Part shown: one piece after another, positions 39,546 to 52,812 of the stretch
How positions within the stretch are numbered: position 1 is the stretch's first letter
How the letters are laid out: each line of letters begins with the position of its first letter
NCBI RefSeq assembly: GCF_006345805.1
Contig: NC_043007.1
Location: 27,528,001-27,592,000 of the forward strand
Source of the DNA: Octopus sinensis
Taxonomy: Eukaryota
DNA: 64,000 bases
Direction of reading: 5' to 3'
The notes under the pieces: generated by a model
Told to the model about the DNA's origin: nothing
What the model saw: the letters and a program-made list of their open reading frames with translations, nothing else
The model's database searches: none
Made by a program: the position numbers and the translations under genes

Positions 39546-39913
39546 AGGCGCAAGCGTGGCTGTATGGTGAGAAACTTGCTTCGTAACCACATGATTCCGG
39601 GTTCGGTTGCACTGCGTGGAATATTGGGCAAGTGTCGACTAAAGTCTTGTGTATGGAGTTGGTAGGTGGAAACTAATAGAAGCCCGTTATATCCGTATTT
39701 ATGTGTATGTGTGTGTGTACTTGTGTTTTTGTGCCTGTGTTTGTGTCTCTATCACAACTTCAGGACCAGTGTTGTAATTTGGTGTTTGCTGAGAATCAGT
39801 GTTGGGTTAGAACCAGTGTTGGTAACTTATCTGTTCGGTTTAAGGACCCGATAGAATAAGTACAAGGCTTAAACATAACGTCCTGGGCTCGATTTGCACG
39901 ACTGAAACAAATA
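39546..39913 (+). mobile_element. CORE-type SINE, diverged
   Basis: AGGCGCAAGCGTGGCTGTATGG..GGTTCGGTTGCACTGCGTGG..TTGGGCAAGTGTC ... GACTGAAACA. Confidence 0.85.
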
Positions 39914-39924
39914 AAGTCATATAT

Positions 39925-40306
39925 AACAAGAGCATTCAGGGAGCGCAAATGTCCGCCAAGCCAATACCAACGTTCTCTTAACGATTAGCCGGAGATGATT
40001 TTCAAAATGAGAATATCTGAAATGAACTCTGCTGCTCTCATAAACAAAAATACTAAAAATGAACCCGACCGTTCTCAAAAATAAAGTAAAAAGAAAAAAG
40101 AACAGGAAAAATAATCCAGAGTCCTTGTCCAGTACTTGATCGAACCCAAAGTCTAATCGGTTCGTATCAGTTACGAGACCAAACATCCCTGAAAGTTTTA
40201 TAAGAATCCATCCAGCGGTTCTTGAGATATCTTGTCAACAGGCAAACAAACAAACAAACAAACACGACTGAAAACAATACTTTCACCTTAGCGAAGCCAG
40301 AGATAA
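39925..40306 (+). mobile_element. Helentron-associated (HINE/DINE-1-like) non-autonomous element
   Basis: Starts AACAAGAGCATTCAGGGAGCGC; subterminal inverted motif TCCGCCAAG versus CCTTAGCGAAG; (CAAA)n and GAAAACAATAC near the 3' end. Confidence 0.6.
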
Positions 40307-40699
40307 TAAAAGTATAAAAGGAAATCATAAAACATATCATATACTAAACTATGCATAGAGAACTACTAAAAGTACGTATTTTCTATAATAGTATATCTAA
40401 CAAAACAAAATTTATCACTAGATATATCAAATACGAAATAGAAAATATGCTAAGCTTATTTTGCTAACCGTTTACAATTTACATGTGTAAGAATAATTAC
40501 ATGACGCATAATACATAAAGATCCCATTATCCGCATTAGAGATAATATATACATTAAAATTATTAATAGAAATATATGCCTAACAGTCGAAGCATTTCAT
40601 GCTAAAAATTCTACATACTAAAAGGCTGTACAATATCATATATTTAACGATACGAATATTGAAATAACACGCAATATCTGATACAATAGTTATATATTA

Positions 40700-40888
40700 C
40701 AATATATATAATATAATATAATATAATATAAATAATATAATATAATATAATATAATATAATATATTACAATATAATATAATATAATATAATATCATATAA
40801 TATAATATAATATAATATAATATAATATAATGTAATATAATACAATATAATATGATATAGTATAGTATAATGTAATATAATATATTAT
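40700..40888. repeat. (AATAT)n pentanucleotide array
   Basis: Direct reading. Confidence 0.95.
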
Positions 40889-41459
40889 AACAAAGGGGGC
40901 ATTTAGAACGCTTTCCATTGTGTATTAGAAAACGTTATGCAGGAATTAGCTTTCACTCGGTTAAGGTGAATGGTACTTTGCAGTGATCAACAAGGACCTG
41001 ATCATTTATAATGTTGTCTTGTATATTTTGTGATTGAGAGAAATGCACTTTCTTGATATATAAACAAAAGGTATTGCCCATAAATACAATTTTCCTGTCG
41101 AATATATAGTTATCTATCCAGTCGACCGGAAAAAGAGGTAACTAAAAGAAAGTTATTTTTATAATTAATTTATATTTTAATTGTTTCTGTCAGTGGACTA
41201 CGGCGGTGTTGAGGCGCTGACTTCAGGCAGTGATAGAGCCCGGTAATTTATAATATACCAATGTAATTGCTTCTGAGGATAGCAATATTCATATGATGCA
41301 AACATGTAGGTACAAGAAACATTTTAAGTTTTGATATTCGTCATCAACAATGAATTGTAAATGTAACTACATTCGCACTCTATTATATACCCAGAAGACA
41401 ACAAAAGAACAAAATAAACCTAGCTATTATGTAAATAGGGGAATTTATCTGTAAATAAA

Positions 41460-41551
41460 ATATGTGACAATTATTCTGTAGCCATGATAAGACTCGGCCC
41501 GACATCCGAAACTCGGAGTTTTATCATGGCTACCGAATAATTGTCACATAT
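41460..41551. repeat. 36-bp-arm hairpin with 20-nt loop containing an HHR 3' half
   Basis: 41460-41495 pairs with 41516-41551 (one G.T, one T/C mismatch); the loop and right arm read CCGAAACTCGGAGTT-TTATC. Confidence 0.9.
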
Positions 41552-41562
41552 CATATTGACAG

Positions 41563-41604
<42 letters not shown>

Positions 41605-41836
41605 CATACACACACACGCATACACACACACATATACATGTCTGTGGAACCCATTGAAGAACGTGACATATCGAGTGACAGTTTCTACTATTATTAGCAA
41701 TAGAAGCGAATCGGATAGTTTGGTAATCCTTTATCAGAGTATGGAATACATCGATGAAGTGTAGTTTGCCACAATTGTAGTAGTGTAAAAAGTATACAAA
41801 ATACCCGAAAATTAATGGAACACATTACTTATATCC

Positions 41837-41989
41837 TTTACATTTGACGGATATTTGCCCTCATATTGTTGCGTGTTAACACAACGTTTCAGCTGGGTAA
41901 ATTTCGAACCTGGGTTCTCATTCCTAAGGCATATCAGCCGAAATGTGGTGTTAACAACAAGATGCGGACAGATATCTGTCAAATGTAAA
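41837..41989. mobile_element. Penelope-like terminal-repeat fragment in inverted arrangement
   Basis: Left part is a deleted version of 57085-57220; right arm (41935-41989) is an inverted copy of the same 3' segment (CAGCCGAAA.GT.GTGTTAACAACAAGATG). Confidence 0.7.
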
Positions 41990-42464
41990 TAACGTAAATG
42001 ATGTATATTATTCCTCATCTCTTAAATATAGACCTGTATTATGAACGGAACATTTAGTGAGGCTTAAAATTGTTATTAAAATAGACGAATATGTTATCTG
42101 GTACGGCTGCAATTGTTTTATTGAGAGCCTTTAGTGTGACGGAAACATAATCCAGCCAGGAATGCAGTATGTACAACGGCAATACTCTTATGTAATCGAT
42201 TAGGAGTCCCAACTCATCAGGCTCAACGAGCGAACAAACGAGAAGTGACGTGTTCATTATTCAGACACATCATCAACAAGTCTAATTGCTAATCAGAATT
42301 CACAACATATCAAAAATATAAAGTAGGTTGGATTCCAGTCTGTCAGTTTCGAAAGCGAATAGCAAAAGGGACTTCTAAAGTAAAGAAAGGTTAAAAACGT
42401 TTCTAATCTAAATATGTCATTGAAATTAGAAACCTCACCCATAAAGTATGTTTGTAGCATAATA

Positions 42465-42851
42465 TGGAAGCACTCCGTCGGTTACGACGACGAGGGTTCC
42501 GGTTGATCTGATCAACGGAACAGCCTGCTCGTGAAATTAACGTGTAAGTGGCTGAGCACTCCACAGACACGTGTACCCTTAACGTAGTTCTCGGGGATAT
42601 TCAGCGTGACACAGAGAGTGACAAGGCCGGCCCTTTGAAATACAGGTACAACAGAAACAGGAAGTAAGAGTGAGAGAAAGTTGTGGTGAAAGAGTACAGC
42701 AGGGATCACCACCATCCCTACCGGAGCCTAGTGGAGATTTTAGGTGTTTTCGCTCAATAAACACTCACAACGCCCGGTCTGGGAATCGAAACCGCGATCC
42801 TATGACCGCGAGTCCGCTGCCCTAATCACTGGGCCATTGCGCCTCCACTAC
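42465..42851 (-). mobile_element. Full-length tRNA-derived SINE with 9-10 bp target-site duplication
   Basis: Head TGGAGGCGCAATGGCCCAGTGATTAGG..GGTTTCGATTCCC; AGCATAATA at 42456-42464 and 42852-42860. Confidence 0.92.
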
Positions 42852-44916
42852 AGCATAATATACTCGTATATAATCAAATGATCAGATTGAAGCATGACTT
42901 TTGACGTCATAAAAACATGTTTAAGGAAAGAAACCGGTGTTGTTCTAAACACAATATTTACTGTGTTATATTGTTTAGTATATGAAGGAGTGACATGGTT
43001 GATAAATTCCAGCGTTACTCATTTGTTTCCCTCATTCATCTTAATTAAAGTGTTACGATAATTATTGCAGAAGTAATAGAAAACCGCCAGGAGTAAGAAG
43101 GTGTTCGCGAAATTTCAGAGGAGTGTGAGGGAAAAGTAAGAAATGAAGGCAAAATAAAGGGAAGTGAAATCGATTAATATGCAGCCATAGCTTTTATCAT
43201 AATGCCGGCAATAATAATCTATAAATAATTAAATAGAAACAGAATAGGATAGACGGGAAAACAGAACTGGCATAAACAAATAAAATAGTATACTAGACTA
43301 ACGAAATTAGTTTAGGCAGAATCAGTATTAACATAGATCTATATATTCATAAATTTGTTTTAGTAAATGCAAATATTTAGAGAAATCGATAATTTAGCTA
43401 TAAAGAAGTTAACATTTGAAAGGTCAAAAATATCAGCGAAGAAAAAACAGAACCGATAATTCCAATATTAAAAAAAAAAAACCAAAAAGTTTTAAAAAAT
43501 AAACAATGAAACCTATCGTTTCTATTAACTAATATTGGCATAATATTATTGTGAGTAGAGCAAATATTTCAAACCATTTAGGAGATGGATTAAATCGCTA
43601 ATGTAATTTAAAATTATGGCGAGAATTAAGAAAAATGTTATAAGGATATATTGGAATTACAACGAATTGCAAAGGCCATACCATAGATGTTTCTGGAAGT
43701 TAAAAGAATTCTGGAGATTAGAGCAAATTTTATAGAATTTTAAACGCCAAAACTAGGCAGGATGAAGGAAATAGCAAGAAATCACATAAGGATAGAATCA
43801 AATTGAATAAAGTTATTTAATTATATACAAGATAAGTTATATGAAATCACACGCATACCTACATGCATACACACACACGCACGTACGCCGAGAGACATAC
43901 AGGCACACACATGTATATATATATTATATTATATATATAGATAATACATATATATATATATATATTATATATATATTATATATTATATATAGAATATATA
44001 TATATATATTTATTATATATATATATATACATACATATACATATACCTACATAATATATATATATAATTATATATATATTATATATATATATAAACAGAT
44101 ATATAACACACTAATATACATATATATGCATACATACATAAAAAATATTAGTCGATACCTAAACACACGCAACCAAACACACACAACACACACACACACA
44201 CACACACACACATATGTATATATATCTATATATATATATATATGCGATATATGTATGTAATTATCCAAAAAAAATGGAAAATACAAATATGCTTGAATAT
44301 ATGTAAGTATATATACACACACACATATAAATATATATATATAACATAAACGCATACACTAATGTATATCTAAATACATACGTTCAAATATACATACATG
44401 CGTACATGCATACGTGACTTATTCTGTAAACGAGATACGACTTAGAGTTCCAGATATTGACAGTTGATTGACAGGTATCCTTTCTTACACGTTAATGGCT
44501 TCTCATGGCATCTCCCCATCGAACCACACGATGCGAGCGCCCTCCACCTCTCTCTTTCGAACTTACACACACACACATACACACACATACACAAACGCAC
44601 ACACATATACAAACGCACACACATGCTCACACATGTATAGTCATGTAAGTATATATATGGTTTTATATATATATATATATTGTGTGTGTGTGTGTGTGTG
44701 TCTGTATGTATCTGTATATATATACACACACACATATATGTGCATATATATATAATGTATATTGCATAATGTATATGTATGTATATATAGAATATTTATG
44801 CTAGAATAATGGGCAAGGAGCAGAAAAGTAAACATGCCTGCACGTGGACAATATCCCTCTAAATTTCGTTATTAATTTTTGTCTACGTGCATATGTGTTT
44901 ATATATATATATATAT

Positions 44917-45533
44917 AGTAGCTTGGACTACTGCTCCCAACTTTGGTCACCACACCAATATAAAACAAACAGCAGAACTCGAAGCAACTCAGAGAAGCTA
45001 CACAAAGAAAAGAAAATCGTCTCAATGCAAAATGTCAGCTACTGGGAAAGACTGAAGGTATTAACCTCTTCTCCCTGGAGCGGAGGCGGGAGAGAAATAT
45101 GCAGTAATATACATCTGGAAAATCCGGAGGTCTTATCCCAAATTTGGCATTCAAAGTTACTCCAACCGCAGAACGGGGGCCGCTGCGTGGTGCCAAGGAT
45201 TCCAACATCACCATCAAAATACAGGTCCAGATACTGCAACAGCTTGGGTTTCAGAGGACCACAGCTTTTAAACATCCTCCCTAAATGCCTGAGAGACTTA
45301 CATGGGTGGATGGGGTTTCTTTAAAACTAAAATGGATCTCTTCTTGTTGGAAGTCCCGATGAACCTACCTCACGACAGGAGACGCGGATGCGGGCAGCAG
45401 CATCGAACTCCCTTGTTGATCAAGTGCCACGTATCAGAGGTGGATTCACAAACTAGTGTGGCTCATTCGCGGTGGTGCCCAGCATGGCCGCGGCCTTCGG
45501 GCTAAACATTTTAAGGATTTAAGGATTTAAGGA
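44917..45533 (+). mobile_element. 5'-truncated CR1/L2-group LINE (ORF2 C-terminus with frameshifts, 3' UTR, (TTTAAGGA)n tail)
   Basis: SSLDYCSQLWSP; SYWERLKVL; SLERRRE; NSLGFRGPQLLNILPKCLRD; FKTKMDLFL motifs across shifting frames. Confidence 0.92.
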
Positions 45534-45909
45534 TATATATATATATATATATATGCGATACATATATGCATACATAAATATATATATATATTACATACAT
45601 ATATATTGTATACATATATGTATATTTATATATAGATATGTATATATATATATATATATATAAAGACTTTTTCAGTTCTTTTAAACAAACAAAAATCTCC
45701 CATAAAAGAACCAGCAAAAACTTGGCAAAATGTTTGTCACATAACAGACCATTTTAATTTTAATTTTAATAATTATTATCTAGAAGAGTTCGTTTAGACG
45801 AACGAACGAAAATAATAAAGAATTATCCAAAATTCTGACTGCCTCCTTCTCTTTCGATATATATAAACACACACACGCACGCGCATATATATATATATAT
45901 ATATAATAT

Positions 45910-45943
<34 letters not shown>

Positions 45944-46007
45944 CATACATATGTGTGTGTATGTATATATGCCTCCTTCTTTTTCGATATATATAAACAC
46001 ACACACC

Positions 46008-46048
<41 letters not shown>

Positions 46049-46084
46049 CATACATACATATGTCTGTGTGTGTATATATGTGTG

Positions 46085-46260
46085 GAAGTAACTGTGTGTA
46101 TGTGTTTTCTTCCCACTATCGCTTGACAACCGATATTGTTATGTTTATGTCTCCGTAAAGAAGCGGTTCTGCAAAGGAGACCGATCGAATAAGTACTAAG
46201 CGTTCCAAGAAAAAGTCTTATGGTCGATTTGCTCGACTAAATGTGGCCTGCAGTGAAATG
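46085..46260 (+). mobile_element. CORE-type SINE 3' half
   Basis: CGCTTGACAACCGAT..AGCGGTTC.GCAAA.GAGACCGAT.GAATAAGTACTA..GGTCGATTTGCTCGACTAAA. Confidence 0.75.
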
Positions 46261-47236
46261 AGTGTAAGAAATAAAAGAATAAAATAACACATTTATTCTC
46301 ATAAAACATTATCCGGACCAATGACATAGTAAAAGACACATGCCCAAAGTGCCGCGGATTGGGAATGAACGCGAAACGACTCGGTTTCAGACGAAACCAT
46401 TACATACGGCTCGTCTCTGTCTGCACTTCGTTCTCTTGTGATTTTTGATATTTTTACATTTAAATACGATATATCTTTAATGCGTCTGGGAAATCGGTTC
46501 TTTACCTCAGCTTATAAAACATTGAGTTTTTCGTTTAGTACTTTCGTAAAATTATTTAACACTTTTTTCCAGAGTCTGCAGATTTTTCATACTTACTGTG
46601 TTTATAACTATACTTACGCATTCTTGGCAAACATGGATGCACCGTTTCTGGTTGGAAGGAGAACAATAATTTTAGAAATTGAAATATTCTCGTCGACTGT
46701 GAGAGACAATGTCAATGCTCAAATAACAAGAGGAGAAATACAGGATAATGACTTTTAGCACAGAAAAAATTTTAACGCAAACATGACTTATGAGAAGACG
46801 AAGAGGTAAGCGAGTGATAATCAGGGCTGATAAAGCTAATACATGTAATAAAGAAGGAAATGGACGTGAATCAGTGATGATCGATATTGTGGTGTAGCCA
46901 GAGAATGTGAGTTTTTGTAACTATGGGACCATACTAATAAGATCTTCCTAAGCTACAAAGTGGTTATATATATTATATATATATATGTGTGTGTGTGTGG
47001 CAGGGAGGGGGTGTTTGGGGTGCGAGTGTATATGCATGCGGGCATTTATTATATGTGTAGGTATATATAGCAAGAGATATATAGATAGACAGATTGGTAG
47101 ATAAATGCATGTATACACACATGTAAACGTATATATTCCTGAACACAACTCTGTTTCTCTTTATACGTCTTTTTCTCTACATATATATGTATGTGTATGT
47201 GTATGTGTTTGTGTGTGTGTATATATATTATCTAGT

Positions 47237-47630
47237 CATTTGTTTCCGTTATTTGAATGTGGCCATGCTGGGGCACCACCTTTAGTCGGACAAATCGACT
47301 CCAGAACTTATTATTTGTAAGCCTAGTACTTATTCTATCGGACTCTCTTGCCGAACCACTAAGTGACGAGGACGTCAACACATCAGCATCGGTTGTGAAG
47401 CGATGTTGGGTGGACAAACACAGGGACACAAACATTAGACATATATATATATATTATATATATTATAATATATATATATATATACGACGGGGTTCTTTCA
47501 GTTCCGTCTACCAAATCCACTCACAAGCTTTGGTCTGCCCGAGGCTATAGTAGAAGACACTTGCCCAAGGTACCATGAAGTGTCACTGAACCCGGAACCA
47601 TGTGGTTGGTAAGCAAGCAACTAACACAAC
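47237..47630 (-). mobile_element. CORE-type SINE, near full length
   Basis: Same layout as 21761-22168. Confidence 0.88.
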
Positions 47631-47654
47631 ATAATCTATCTTATCTAATCTATC

Positions 47655-47740
<86 letters not shown>

Positions 47741-48263
47741 ATATATATATATACCGTTTGCGGTTACACCACTTGCCTGTACATGATAAATTAAAATTAC
47801 AATAGAGCGAAATAGAGACAATTCGGAAATGATGGATGCATCGGAGGGAAATTCCTTACACATTCCCTTTGCAAGTGTATCCATTTTGTATGAAAAGGAA
47901 TGATTTATAACTTCAGAGAATCGCGTAGTATTGTCAGATCATACCTCGGTTTGACCTCACGATTCACAGTGCAGCCGACGGTTATCGCTAGCTTCATCCG
48001 AAAATATATTTGTTCTCTGTATATTATTAATTATTATCAGAGCGGAAATGAATAATACTTCATAGCATTCCGAGATAATTGCTACCGAATTATTTGACAA
48101 ATAGGGAAATAGGGAATATTAAATTAATTAATTAATATATTAATAAGTGAGCAGTTAGACATACAAATCCAAGACTCGTGGGCTGTATATATAAACACAT
48201 ATATATTTCTATCTATTTCTACCTCTGTAACTATATATAAACACATACACACACACAAACCTG

Positions 48264-48297
<34 letters not shown>

Positions 48298-48939
48298 ATA
48301 CACTCTCTACTTGTCTCTTTCTCACACAGACATATAGAAATATAGAAATGCATATTATATATGCACCAGGTGGTGCTATTAAGTTGACATGGCCTGGGCC
48401 AATAATGGCGCGAAACCTATCAAAGTATCAACAAAGTATAATACGACGGGATCTTCCTGTTTCCGTCAATGAAATCCACTGAGAAGGCTTTGGTCGGTCC
48501 GAGATTGTATTACATGACACACACCCACGTTGCCACACAGTGGGATTGAACCCGAAAACATGCAGTTGAGAGCAAGCTTCTTACCACACAGCCACACTCT
48601 ACACACACACACGCACATATATATGTATATATATATATATATAGTATATATATATATATATTATACATATATATATATATTAGTATCTATTTGTATGTAT
48701 ATATATATATATTATTTATATATATATATATTATATATATATAATATTATATATATATATATATTATATATATGAAAACTCCACCAGAACGGACCGAAAA
48801 GCGCTAATATCTGATATATGATATAAGTGAATGATGATAAAAAAACATGTAATATACAAGTAAATATCTGTAAAATATGAAACCATCCGAATTTTCTGAG
48901 TACCTCATTTCCTTCTAATATAAAATACTTGTACATCAT

Positions 48940-49039
48940 NNNNNNNNNNNNNNNNNNNNNNNNNNNNNNNNNNNNNNNNNNNNNNNNNNNNNNNNNNNNN
49001 NNNNNNNNNNNNNNNNNNNNNNNNNNNNNNNNNNNNNNN
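48940..49039. other. Assembly gap (100 N)
   Basis: Run of exactly 100 N; true distance and continuity unknown. Confidence 0.99.
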
Positions 49040-49688
49040 GTGGAGTTGGCGGAAGAAAAAGTAGGGGAGACACATCAATAGCAGCGATTCTGTAATATCC
49101 TTTGCTCTGTTTATTATCTTATTTCGATTTCAGCATTCAAAACTGATTTATTATATTATATTTCCGTGAAGCCAAATATAAGTAGATGAGAGAAGGTGGA
49201 GAAGAAGAATAAGAATGGTGAGTAATATATAGGAGAAAAGAACTGTTTTCTACAGGTTATAGTTGGGTCATTGTATTACTTACTTCTCGTTCAGGTTTAC
49301 CTGAAGATTAAGAAATTTATAAAAACTTGCTGTACAAATGGTTATTTATTCATACGTATGTTGTGGTTTCGGTTAGTTTTTTTTTTGGCGGGGGAGGGGG
49401 AAATTCATAGAAAATTTATGTACTTAGATATATACATTTATTCACACATAAACATACACACGCGTGTGTGTGTATATGTATGTGTGTGTTTATACATATA
49501 TATATATTTATGTACATATATACACATGTATGCTATGTATGGTATATGTATAAATTTTTGTAAAAGCCCGCATGCTTGTATATATATTTTATATACGTAT
49601 ATATATATATATATATATATATAGATAGATAGATAGATATATATGAGTGTGGTATGTGTGTGTATATATATTTTAATATAGATATGTA

Positions 49689-49731
<43 letters not shown>

Positions 49732-49749
49732 GTATATATATATATAGAG

Positions 49750-49810
<61 letters not shown>

Positions 49811-50500
49811 GTGTGTGTGTGTATGTGCGTGGTGTTCCGTGACTGAGAGCCAATAATGTCACACATCGTCTCGTTCTTCGCCTACAACTTCGTGTTATGA
49901 GGCATAACGTCTGAAACGTTTACTTCCGGTTTATTGGATTCTTCGAGAGAATATATTGGAAGAATAGAAGAAGAAAAAATTGTTGAGCAATATAAGATAA
50001 AACAATGGTCGTAAGTATGAAAAGTGTCGTTTTTGTAAGCTGAAAAACACAATGAAATATTGAATATCACAGTTATATAATGTAAGTATTAAGATGCGGT
50101 TCAGTGTTATTTTTCAATGCATGGTGTGAGAGAGAAAGCAACTTTGTGCTGGCTACATACATACATACATACATACATACATACATACATACATACATAC
50201 ATGCATACATACATACATACATACATACATACAACATACATACATACATACATGCATAGATATATATATATATATATAATATATATATATATTATTATAT
50301 ATATATATATATAATTTAATACTAGGGGCACAAGTATTTGTTTGTTTAATCGATTAGGTCTCGTCTAATGAACGTTCTCGGGTCTGCTGAATGATTACCA
50401 CGTCATCAATGAATTATGAGGTAGTGAGGGCGGAAATGCACAGCCATCTCGTGGTCACGGTAAGCAGGAAGCTCTGACTTTCTTTACATTCATACATATA

Positions 50501-50548
<48 letters not shown>

Positions 50549-51035
50549 TATATATATATGTATGTATGTATGTATTAATTATAATAAAGAGTTAATTGCA
50601 ACAAGTTGCTCAAAACCACATACCGAAAATATTAGAAATAGCAGCCAAATAGTTCACTATTTCTCCTACTAATAAAAAAGTCTCCACAAACAAACAGAAT
50701 TTGTAACCCGTATATGGTAAAGAGAAAGAAAATAATGAATTCCCAGCCTATTGGATTAATTATAGACGAACCGTTTCAGGATTAGAACCGAAGGTTCATT
50801 TCCTTGTCAATATAATATTTCCTATAAATCTAGAAATGCTAGGAAAAAAACTCACCCATTACACCAGCTTGATCAGGCGACATCGAACGATCTAACGGTC
50901 TGCTAGCATCTCTACATTTATATAGACAGGCAAATTCGTATCTCCCTCCAAAATTACCACACGACTTACAAAAACATTACCAATGAAACGAAGTTTCGCA
51001 GATTTACTGTATGGGAGAAATAGTATTCAATATAC

Positions 51036-51346
51036 AAAAAGAGTGAAATATAATTAATTTAATAAAATTAATAAATTTCACCTAGTAGATTTTTCGGTAT
51101 GGAAAATACCTTATTTGGTAAGAATTATATTAATTATAATAAAGGGTTAATTGCAACAAGTTGCTCAAAACCATTGATCTATTTGGCTGCTATTTCTAAC
51201 ATTTTTGTGTATGTGGTTTTGAGCAACTGTTGCAATTAACCCAAAATTATAATTAATATAATTCTTCCAATGTGGTATTTTCCATACCGAAAAATCTACT
51301 AGGTGAAATTTATTAATTTTATTAAATTAATTATATTTCACCCTTT

Positions 51347-51348
<2 letters not shown>
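51036..51348. mobile_element. Fold-back element, ~135-bp arms; partial third copy at ~50575-50652
   Basis: 51036-51173 pairs with 51214-51348; the spacer continues the right-hand copy and matches 50612-50652 in reverse complement. Confidence 0.9.
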
Positions 51349-51397
<49 letters not shown>

Positions 51398-51513
51398 ATA
51401 TATATAAAACTAAAGGGCTTATTTCAGTTTCCCTATATTCTAACTATGCCCCGCGCATTTTTACTTCTATTATTCCTATATTTCTACCCGTGTGGAATAA
51501 AATAACTTTGTTT

Positions 51514-51591
<78 letters not shown>

Positions 51592-51689
51592 AGAATGAAT
51601 TAGATCGTACAGGTTCGATGAGCATAATCTACCATACTGGCCCCACATGGCTTAGCACGGGGTTGCAGAAGTTTTTCATTCGTAGTCAA

Positions 51690-51870
51690 ACTTAGGGATA
51701 TTTAAGTCAATTATATCGACCATACTGCTCAGCTGGTAATTATGTAATCGATTCTGAAATGACGAAATGTTAAATTGACCTTAGCGGAGATTGAACTCTC
51801 AACATGAGGACGGAGGGAAAGGTGTTTTACCCGGTGTTCTAACGACTCTGCAAGCACGCCTATTGAATGA
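51690..51870 (-). mobile_element. Second SINE family, strongly diverged
   Basis: AAGTCAATTATATCGACC..GAAATGACGAAATG..TGACCTTAGCGGAGATTGAACTC..AACGACTCTGCAAGCACGCC. Confidence 0.65.
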
Positions 51871-52104
51871 CATGTGCGCGAATACACATATACCTACACA
51901 TTCCAGTAATGCACATTTCAATGTATCTATGTGTGAGAGTGTGGTTGGTGCGTTAGTTGTGGCCTTTCGTGTGCCACAAGCTTTATAAACGTATACAGCT
52001 TCTAACATGTGAGACCAGATTGATACTGTACATGGGCACACCTAACACAACTCTTCACGTATATGTATGAAAATATATATCTATATCTATCTATCTTTCT
52101 ATCG

Positions 52105-52181
<77 letters not shown>

Positions 52182-52187
52182 CCTATC

Positions 52188-52265
<78 letters not shown>

Positions 52266-52353
52266 ATATCTATCTATATATATATATATGTATGTATGTA
52301 CATATATATATGTGTGTGTATGTGTGTGTGTCTATAAAACATACCCATAGTGA

Positions 52354-52402
<49 letters not shown>

Positions 52403-52474
52403 TGTGTGTGTATCGCATGTCAACGCATATTTCACATATATACATATATGTATATTATCTGTTTATATATATAC

Positions 52475-52540
<66 letters not shown>

Positions 52541-52719
52541 ATTTGCGTGTGCGTGTGTGTGTGAATGTGCGCATTTATGAAATTAATTATATTGTGTGGT
52601 GCGTGTGCGTGCTTTTGTAGAGTGTATTTGTGCGCGCATAAGTAAGTGGAGATTGTGAGAAATGCAATATAGAGAAACAAGGAGCAGAAGGCGCAGAAAG
52701 AATACACTGTATATATATA

Positions 52720-52812
<93 letters not shown>

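Noticed and set aside
42185-42240. Hammerhead on the minus strand (CTGATGA + weak hairpin)
   Set aside because: GAAA is absent (GATT) and there is no stem I/III pairing.
43150-43800. Decayed RT fragment (HLGD motif)
   Set aside because: Only a few residues resemble an RT; too many stops to support a call.
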